Origin: Octopus sinensis
Taxonomy: Eukaryota
Direction of reading: 5' to 3'
NCBI RefSeq assembly: GCF_006345805.1
Contig: NW_021824116.1
Span: forward strand, 1-19,737
Length of the DNA stretch: 19,737 nt
The translations under genes and the position numbers were made by a program. The notes below the pieces were generated by a model. The model worked only from the letters and a program-made list of their open reading frames with translations, was not told the origin of the DNA and searched no databases. Position 1 is the stretch's first letter, and each line of letters begins with the position of its first letter. Of the stretch, positions 11,109-19,737 are shown one piece after another.

Positions 11109-12216
11109 TGCATGCATACAGGTTTATATACACAAGTACGCCGTCCTATATAATAATGCTTACGCAACGCATTCCAGCCATGATTAACCAGTTCACGTTT
11201 TGCAGACAAATTGTGGAATGACATCATTCATAATTCTGTTTGTCTTTTTACTGACGATGTGAATATGTTGCAGCTGCTACTTCTAGCTTGTCAGCGTAGT
11301 TTTATCAGTGGTTGGTATTGGATTATTGTAAATACGGGACTGTGTGAGCTGAATAATGAGAGCATGTAACAGTGATGTCATTGGCGGGATTTGTCGTTGT
11401 GTGGACACGAAGTTATTGCTGTTGGTATTGTCGATGCCTCAGGTTAAATCATATCAAACAGAGGATTATAGGCTTCTAAGACATTGCCACTCCATCTTAG
11501 ATTCGGGAATAGATTAGCCCGGAATATATTATCCGAAGTGTTCTTCGTCAATATGTTAATGTGTGGCATAAAGGTGGTTTGGGTACTAATCCTACGTTGG
11601 AAACAAGAACAAGAAAGGTTTACGTAGCGTATGAAGTAAAAGAATAGAAGCTAGGGTGGACCATTGGCGATTGGTATCGACGTAGTAAGAGAGAATTTTG
11701 TTCTTATAAAACAGCAAAATATTCGCTGGAATGGGCTGAAACCTCTTTCTAAACTACAAATAATTCAGAATAACCATATAAAGGAACGAAGATCAAAATA
11801 GTGATGGGTAAAAGTATGGTTCCAGGGGCAAATTCATTCTCCTAGGGCAAAAAAAAAAAAAAAAAATAGTCACAGTGAATGCTTTTCACGTTCTACTATG
11901 CTGAGATATGCTAACAATGTACGTAGACAGCATTATTTTGACCCACCCTGCTTCGCACGCTTGAACTCTGTATGTGTGTGTGTGTGTGTGTATGTGCTAA
12001 TGTAATGCGTTTTATAGGTACACGTAGTGGAATAGACTATAAGCAAGAAATAATCTAAAGATAGATATGTATATAGACAGATCGGTAAGCGTACAACTAC
12101 AAACACGGACAAATTAACACACACACACACACACATATATATGTAAATATATATTATATAATGTATGTGTGTGTATATATATCATTGTGTTTGTGTGCAT
12201 ATATATGCATGTATTA

Positions 12217-12274
<58 letters not shown>

Positions 12275-12825
12275 ATATATATATATATATCCACATTAAA
12301 AGACATCAATAAACAAACACACACATAACCTGATCGAAGATGAAAGCAAGTTAAGTATGCAACCAAGAAGGCACGTACATTAACATACATGCATAAACAC
12401 ACACAGACATCACACATCTCACACACACATACAGTCTCCCCCCACCACCACGCGTACACTTACACGTTGTTACACGAATACATACAAATAAGAAAAGTAC
12501 ACACACATACAGTTATACATCCTTCGTTTCCGCCAAACAAATTCATGGGCAACATGGCGCATATTTTCTGCAACAGGATCCATTTTGGGTTGTTTACGTA
12601 TTGCAAATCCAGTTTATAACACTCCGGCTTGATAGCACAGCGGTTATTTATGGCAGATTAATAATTGAACGAATACATGCTGCTGTTTTAAAATAAACCT
12701 TCCGTTTCGTGTTCCTTTGTTTCTCTCATATTTATTAAAGGGTTTTGTTTGTTTTTTTACTGTGTTTTGTGTTATAAAGATTTCTCTTCTCCATCTTCTT
12801 CTCTCTGTCTCTCTCTACATACATA

Positions 12826-12827
12826 CA

Positions 12828-12875
<48 letters not shown>

Positions 12876-12975
12876 CGCGCGCGGCGCGTGTGTGTGTGTA
12901 TATACATATATATATATATATATGATAGAGAGGGAGAGAGAGAGTCAGAGAGAGGGAGTGAGAGAGACAGAAAGA
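12826..12975. repeat. Compound (TG)n-(GC)8-(TA)n-(GA)n microsatellite
   Basis: Direct reading. The (GC)8 run is at 12867-12882. Confidence 0.95.
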
Positions 12976-13228
12976 GCGTGTGTGTGTGTTTGTATCATAC
13001 ATATATATATTTTCTCTTTTTCTATCAGTCTGCCTATCTATCAATATCTTTCTATCAATTTATCTATCTATATATGTGTCGGTCTGTGTATACATATATG
13101 TCTCTCACCCAGTATCTATGATTATCTTTGTATTTCCATCTCTGTGATAATCTATATATCCCTCCATATATCTATCAGTTTTTTTTTATCTATTTTTCTC
13201 TGTATGTATGTTTTTGTCTTTCAGAGTC

Positions 13229-13272
<44 letters not shown>

Positions 13273-13482
13273 CATGTGTATGAAAGTATATGTGTGTGTG
13301 TGTGATCGCGCATGTGTATACATCCATAAAATTCTTTGGAAATATCTCGTAAATATATTTTTGTATAAATCATTTTATCAGAGTGCTCAGTATAATAACA
13401 AAGTAGAAGACATTTCTATTTAGACCGATACCAGAATAAAATATGCCGAAAGGATTAACGGTAATATTGATCGCGTTGGACA

Positions 13483-13960
13483 TGTAGCATAGGCTGAGGG
13501 AAATTCCTCCCTCTCTGTTATATATACATAAACACGGACGTAGAAGATACCAGCTAGCCTTCGGCTGCCCTTTTGGACCCTGTTGTGTCCACTACTCTGA
13601 TTGGCGCAATTTGTCCCTTGCTCTATTGCGTGCCAATATCCAACCCATCCAATCGCAGCCTTCTGATAAGGTCACGTAAGATAGTCTCTTCCAAACTTCC
13701 GGTGAGCTGATAGCACAGTATAAAACGCTAGCTTCACAGCATCTCGATGTCTTTCGTTTCCAGGCCTTTTGAGGTCTAGCCAGACCACAGAGCACAGTCA
13801 GTTCCAGCGACGGCACAACAGCAGCAACATGGAGGCGCAGCAACAATCGTCCAACAGCATACGGCAGTCTCTTTTTTCGTCGCCTCCATCTTCTTAACAT
13901 CATCAACAACATCTCTCTACGAACACAGCAGCCAGCAACCCACGCAAAGGTTCTATCTCA
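13483..13960 (+). promoter_or_regulatory. GC-richer promoter-like / LTR-like block
   Basis: It carries ATTGG (13600), CCAAT (13633, 13649), GTCACGTA (13671) and TATAAAA (13719-13725) in promoter order, is free of microsatellites, and is followed by a PBS-like motif. There is no second LTR copy in the window. Confidence 0.45.
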
Positions 13961-13962
13961 AT

Positions 13963-14822
13963 AAGTTGTGGAGATACCGGTATTGTCATATATAAGCTAA
14001 GTATGAATTTATAGGGGCACAAAATTAGATTTATTAAAGGTTATTATAAAATAATAAAATGATCAGGTAAGGTAGAGCACCATAGAAAAGGAATAAAGAT
14101 AGCCTAATCAGTAAAACTATAATAAAGTATAAATACCTTATTAACATCGATAGAGAAGATTTATAGAAAAAGTATAACAATTTAAGTATTATGAAGTAAT
14201 AGTTGTTTATTTACTTATTTAGCTTAATACTATCAAGACTGGTACCCGGTATGATGTTAAAAGGACATGCTTAATTATATACTAATTTTAAATTAAGAGG
14301 TATAATATAGGTTTTATAAGTTATTAGTGTTAATCCGTACAAGATATTACAGTTTCTTAGGGGTACTTAATTGGAAGGGATACTTGTATAAAGGCCAATA
14401 TATATACTAAGATCAGGAGGGTGGAACACTTTAAGAAAGGGATAAATAAAGTAATTACTAAAACTATTTTAAACAATATAGCCATATTGTATGAAGTAAA
14501 AAATTTAGGGTTATCAAGAAGATTTAGCATTGAAAGAACAAATTAACTGTATATTAATTTAATTATAATCTAAGCAATTTAATTTTTAAGTTGTGAAGAT
14601 ACCCTCATTGTTTAATATATAAGCTAAGTATGAATTTATAGGGGTACAAAAATTTAGGTTTTTCTAAAGGCAATTATAAAGTATTAAAAAGTTCAGGTAG
14701 GGTAGAACACCACAGAAAAGGATAAAAATAGCTTAATCACTAAAAACTATGATGAAGTATATATACAACTTAGTAATATCAATAGAGAAGATTTCTAGAA
14801 AATTTATACTAATTCACGTATT
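13963..14822 (+). repeat. Three diverged A-rich direct repeats (13963-14190, ~14325-14530, 14588-14822)
   Basis: aagttgtg(g/a)agatacc...atatataagctaagtatgaatttatagggg(c/t)acaaaa...tcaggta(a/g)ggtaga(g/a)cacca...aaaactat...atagagaagattt is shared by copies 1 and 3 (offset ~626). Copy 2 retains ggggtac...aaagg...gatcagg..ggtggaacac...aaaactat. Confidence 0.85.
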
Positions 14823-14943
14823 TAAAACTTCCTGATACCTTAGTAGCTTCTAAGCAAGTTATCTGTCTATCTCCTTACCTTCTTGGAGATTTTAGGTAAA
14901 ATTATACTAATGTGGCCTGTTTTAATTTAATTAAATTCTGTCT

Positions 14944-15035
14944 TAATGCAGCTGAGAATTACTTTGCATTTAAATTGATGTAATGATAACATTGTTCAAC
15001 TAAATAGAGTTGCTTGAAACAATCGTACTGCATTA
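14944..15035 (+). ncRNA. Type I hammerhead-like motif with long stem II and one core lesion
   Basis: The sequence reads TAATGCAG-CTGAGAA-[~57-nt imperfect hairpin]-GAAAC-AATC-GTA|CTGCATTA. A perfect 8-bp stem I flanks the core exactly. CUGAGAA differs from CUGANGA by one base. Confidence 0.65.
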
Positions 15036-15087
15036 CCTCTGGATATCCTTGTTGCCTATTTGATATATATTATATATATATATAATA

Positions 15088-15125
<38 letters not shown>

Positions 15126-15944
15126 ACAACCATGCAGAAGTAAGATTATTCTCCCGAATTTGCAGATGTATATACATAAAAGGAGTTTTCCTACTGTATC
15201 ATTGCATATGGTGGCTGATGAACTGCATGGGTATGTGTGCGTAACTAGAGAGCAAGCGGAAGCAGGAATACTCGCGCGCGCGCATGCATGCATACATACA
15301 TACATATATATATATATATATGTATGTATGTATGCGATCGTCGTACAGTTTTCATTGAGAATCAAACTGTCCGACGGACTGGAACGTGAAACTAGAATAG
15401 AATTTCTTTGTGATGTTTTTGTAACGTTTTTGCAGCTTCAATAATAAAACATATTACTCAACCTCCGGTATTCGATTAACACATTTTGCCACCCTGTCTC
15501 AGGTTTAAGTGCTGGCTCTGGTATATATATATATATATATATAATATATATATATATATATGTGTGTGTGTGTATATCAGTATATACACACGTACGCAAT
15601 TATGTATAGATAAGTGAATATGCAGAAATATGAAGATGCCATCATCAAATTAATAATTCGCATGTAGCATATAATCCTGTGTATATCCTTGGGATGTGTA
15701 TGTTTACATTTGCTTAATCCTCATCCACGTTTGTATGTATGTGTGGTTGTGCGCGTGCGTATGTGTCTGTGTGTATGTGTATTTGCGTGTGCATCGCATT
15801 TATTTGTGTGCCAATTTGTATACAAATTCATAGACTTATCCATGCACGCACACAGCGAATCTATGGCAGTCCTGTGTAAGCAGCATCACTGTATGTCTCT
15901 GATTTCTGAACCCGCATTGTTCTGTGTGTGTGCGTGTGTGTATA

Positions 15945-15947
15945 TAT

Positions 15948-15999
<52 letters not shown>

Positions 16000-16128
16000 T
16001 ATATATATATAATATAAACATATCTAATAAATATATATATATACACAGAATATATACGTTAAATAGCTTTAGATATTCATATATATATACATATATACAT
16101 ATTCAAACATATATACATACACCACAAC

Positions 16129-16182
<54 letters not shown>

Positions 16183-16200
16183 AATATAACATACGTATGT
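15945..16200. repeat. (TA)n-rich microsatellite cluster
   Basis: Direct reading of the sequence. Confidence 0.9.
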
Positions 16201-16517
16201 ATATGTATACCCAGGCACCTAACTGTACGGCTCCTATTTCATTGAAGATATATCAGCCTATGGCAGAGAGAAGATTTTCAAGAAAATAAATCAATATTTG
16301 AACCAAGTTGCAATATACAGGATACCAAAAATAGTTTCTGTGCCAATAACTTGGCAATTTGTAAACCATATTCTCCGTTCAAGAAACTGGTTAGAAGAAT
16401 TTATTAAGTCGATGACTATAGCATAGATATATAGATGTACTTGCACATATATATATATATATGTATTTATGTATGTATATATATAAATGTATAAAATGTT
16501 TTTGTATGTATATACAT

Positions 16518-16548
<31 letters not shown>

Positions 16549-16599
16549 ATATATTGTGTGTGTGTGTGTGTGTACGTATGTATATCGTCTTTTATCCAT

Positions 16600-16760
16600 T
16601 ACTTGCATCGATGGTTTGACTACGCCATGTGGGGTACCGCTCTACAGAACTTTTAGTCGAACGAATCGACCTTAGCCCTTTATTTAAGCTTAGATACACA
16701 GACACTGACACACACACGACGATCTTTCTATTACCTTCCGCCAAGTCGATTCGCACGCAC
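16600..16760 (-). mobile_element. Decayed fragment of the same SINE family as 4885-5530
   Basis: tttgactacgccatgtggggtaccgc...ttttagtcgaacgaatcgacc is similar to the reverse complement of the 5487-5520 tail. Confidence 0.55.
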
Positions 16761-17149
16761 ACACATACAGCCTTTCTCCACACATATATGCATATATGTG
16801 TATATATATCTGTGTATATATTTAACTATGTATTTATGCTGGGTATCTTGGAAAATATACTAAAGCATACGTATGTTACAGACACCCAATCACCCAATAG
16901 CCAGTACTTTGTGCAAACATACAGATATGCACACGTCCACGCACGCACACTCACAGACACACACACAAATACACATCAGCGCACGTATACCCTCCCACGC
17001 GCGTTTGAAAGTAGGCAAATATTCTTCGAATTAACTTTTTCTGCAGTTATTTCTCTCTCACTCTCAAAAATATACATGGATACATGCATGTATAGAACTA
17101 GGCGACAGCGAAAGTAAAGCTTCTAAGTTCGCTAGCCTCGTACGTGATT

Positions 17150-17700
17150 TAAACGTCCCACCATATATGATAAAAGCAGAAAATAATCGAAAAATCTACA
17201 CCATATGTTAACGAATCAAATAACGTAGGCTACATGTATCTGAAAGAACTCACCTATTTTTCAAATGTAAGAAATCTAACACACTGCTGAATTGTGGATC
17301 ATACATTTTCAGCGGTTGTAAGCACACGACTAAGTTCCTATTTACGAACTAGAAAGTGCCACACTCTCTGGGTTGAAGAACAGTACCACAGACTCTAAGC
17401 CATTATTGTTTCAGCCTTGTATTTTACGATTTAAGCGGTAAAAACTATAATTTCCCCTAGTTTTCGACATTCCACCAATTATATCTACTTTCTCCCTTTT
17501 CTCATACCCTATTGTCTCCCACCCTGTTGTCCCATCTTTAGTTTGTTATGCTATGTGGGCAGTACCTGATGATTGCACTAAGCCACCAAACGTGTTAAAA
17601 AATACTGTCTGGCATACTCTCAGCACCTAAAATTAATAATAGCACCGAGAAACAAATATTGTGTTTATTAAATAATATATACTTCGTAGCTTTTAAGACT
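17150..17700 (+). mobile_element. Decayed Penelope-like 3' end (GIY-YIG C-terminus, 3' UTR and degenerate hammerhead)
   Basis: 17313-17378 translates RL*AHD*VPIYELESATLSGLK, which has the same spacing as the PLE endonuclease end motif RLxxxExxWIxxLxTxxPxGLN. CTGATGA and a hammerhead-like fold lie ~190 nt downstream. Boundaries are approximate. Confidence 0.45.
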
Positions 17701-18319
17701 CCTATTTTTAGCAAAGCTGGTGCTTCTTAGTATCCAAATTATATTTAGTTTTATATATATTTATTATTTCGCCTATACGGTTTTTATGCTTGTGGTCACT
17801 AACAATATTATTTCTTATGAATAATAATATTGATTCTTATGAATAATACTCTTCTTTATATAAAACTCTAGTCTGTCTGTCTGTTCTCTATGCATTTTCA
17901 AAGGGCTCAACCAAATCAAATCAAATTTTACAACGTAATAGTATCAGACCCCGTGAGTGTCAACATGTAATTTGTTTTGCATTTGGATTAAAACAATATA
18001 ATATTAGTACTGGTTCGGTATTACGTGTCAAAAGTGAAAGACTAACATCTATATTGTAATGTGGTATAATATTGTTTCACTTTCATTCTTTCACTTTTAA
18101 TTCTATTGTGATAACATTAAGATTATCTTAAATCTAATATATTTGAAATAAATGAACAATTCACATCTTAATGTGAACAGCAGTACGCATCGGCAAATTT
18201 CCGTCCTACGGCCACCACAGCGGAAGGGTGTGTCAGTTAATAATTATCGCAGAAGCTGCAAGTTTGCAACGTATTTACAATTACATATTTACCCTTAAAT
18301 TAATATTCAATTCGTGGAA

Positions 18320-18605
18320 GCTGCAGCACATAAGATGCAGTCTTAATACATAAGGGAGATGAGACTTTCCCAAGATCAGCAAATCAATGCTGCATCACGT
18401 CAAACGGAGTCACAAGACAGATGAGGGATGAGACTTCCTCAGGATCAGCAAAGGTATGCTGCAGCGCCTCACATGGAGACTCAAGAGAAAAAAGAGATGA
18501 GACTTTCTCAAGATCATCAAATGCATGCAGTAGCACATCAGATGGAGTCTCAATACAGAAGCGAGATGAAACTTTCTCAAGATTAGCAAAAGCATGATGC
18601 ATCAT
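18320..18605 (+). repeat. 69-bp (23-codon) tandem repeat within the Helitron ORF
   Basis: atgagact/atgaaact occurs at 18359, 18428, 18497 and 18566. The unit is approximately EMRLSQDQQxxAAxxxxESQxx. Confidence 0.9.
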
Positions 18606-19107
18606 TAAAGTTGAAGTCCAATAGAGAAGCTCTCAGAAACAGACTACGTACAAATTCTTTCTTCACAACTCCTGGAGCTGCTTTCAGATATGATCCATCC
18701 TATTCTTATAAAAATGGTAATTTTGTCCAAATTGCTGTGCTAAACTGAAATTGTCGTTTCTGCAAAACTTTAAAATTATAAAATGAAACAAATGTCATGT
18801 CCTGCGCAGGCGGTAACGAAAGATTGCCAGCACTACCAGCTCCTTCCCACCCTCTTATGGATCTTCTGGGAGGCATTTTCTGAACAATATCAGACAATAC
18901 AACTCAGCATTTCAAATGACATCGTTTGGTGCATCTAAGGAGATAGTTGAACATGGATTTACGCCGACATTCAAAGTTCAAGGGCAAGTCTGTCACCTCA
19001 TTGGTTCCCTGTAACCCACAAATGAACAACCACAGTTCATCCAAATTTATGCTATGAGTGATTTAGGACAACAAACCCGAAGGAGGTGTCAAAACCTCAG
19101 ACGATGA
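18320..19107 (+). pseudogene. Helitron RepHel N-terminal region (pseudogene)
   Basis: Translation gives ...AAFRYDPSYSY..FVQIAVLN*NCRFCKTLKL*NETNVMSCAGGNERLPALPAPSHPLMDLLGG, then a frameshift at ~18874, then HFLNNIRQYNSAFQMTSFGASKEIVEHGFTPTFKVQGQVCHLIGSL*PTNEQPQFIQIY. This includes the hallmark Helitron IRxYNSAFQMTSFG...FKVQGQVYH block. There are several stops. Confidence 0.92.
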
Positions 19108-19737
19108 GCCGTGTTAGACACAGTGCCGACTGCCGCAAAGGAGAGTATATCCTCTGACAGCTTTTCATTGCGTTCAAAAGGCACATAACCCCTACCCCCA
19201 ATTTCCCACGACAGGTTAGGACCTGGAACACTCCAAACGGACGCATGGTATGCCACTTAGTTTAATTAGCCCATCATTACTCCACAAATAGTTTGTCGTC
19301 AATGTTGAATTTTTCCCTGTTTCAACGTAACTGTAATATATATACAAAGTATGCCATTTTAATCCCGAGCAACGCCGGGTATCTCTGCAAGTATATTTAT
19401 AAATAATTCACTTAGTTCGTTCTTTCAATGCGGCTGGGGCCCCCAAACGAACACAGACTTTGGGAAGTGAATTAGCAGTATTGTTATGAGTAGACCTGGC
19501 TGAAGAAAAGCAAGTGCTCTCTGCCGCAAAATTTGAAATCATGATACCAGGTTAACTTCCATTCCTTTTGCAATCTTGCACATATATACACACATATATA
19601 AATGTGTATATACACCCACACCTACACATACGCATACAGATATATATATATATTCGTGTATATATTGTGTACACATACATTCACGGTCACATATATACAC
19701 ACGAATATATAGATATATATATGTATGAATATAATCA

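Larger units (their letters stand above)
17850..19391 (+). mobile_element. Internally deleted Helitron
   Basis: It has a Helitron-like 5' start (tc..tttatataaaactctagtctgtctgtctg), a RepHel N-terminal pseudogene, and a 3' GC hairpin cccgagcaacgccggg (19364-19379) followed by CAAG|T, the canonical end being CTAG|T. The 5' boundary is uncertain by a few bases. Confidence 0.8.

Noticed and set aside
13963-14900. Mitochondrial insertion (NUMT), suggested by AT richness and agataccc
   Set aside because: No conserved 12S/16S rRNA blocks or mitochondrial protein motifs are present, and the segment is internally triplicated.
16220-16415. ATG-less open frame [19 protein letters not shown]...
   Set aside because: No motif, no convincing splice sites, and an open frame of this length is expected by chance.
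1130-17117. Many tracked ORFs rich in Y/I/C/V/H/T
   Set aside because: They are translations of (TA)n, (TG)n and (CA)n microsatellites. Only the RLERNEASMLRWMC part of 1130..1654 and the TTDRKQFYHF part of 9750..9959 carry signal.
17812-17848. 15-bp direct repeat ttcttatgaataata as a Helitron target duplication
   Set aside because: Both copies are on the same side of the element, and Helitrons make no TSD. It is probably a local slippage duplication.
18320-18605. CRISPR-like array
   Set aside because: The context is eukaryotic, the units are contiguous in-frame coding repeats with no unique spacers, and there are no cas genes.

Overview
This is an AT-rich, microsatellite-saturated animal genomic window with no recognisable intact protein-coding gene. 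The repeat families resemble, from memory only, those of Octopus/cephalopod genomes. Most tracked ORFs are (TA)n/(CA)n/(TG)n artefacts. The real content is a mosaic of decayed mobile elements: a minus-strand RTE LINE 3' end (~660-1260), tRNA-derived SINEs (2786-3113, ~4885-5530, ~16600-16760), two Penelope-like remnants (~9630-10440 and ~17150-17700), and an internally deleted Helitron with an N-terminal RepHel pseudogene (~17850-19391). The most notable signal is a set of type I hammerhead ribozyme motifs. One has a complete catalytic core (9690-9737, minus). One has a perfect 8-bp stem I, a long stem II and a single core lesion (14944-15035, plus). Two more are decayed (17558-17609, 6578-6635). 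The 14944 motif ends an unexplained ~1.55-kb module made of a CCAAT/TATA promoter-like block, a tRNA-Ala PBS-like motif and a triplicated A-rich unit. No database search or folding software was run, so family names come from motif recognition.
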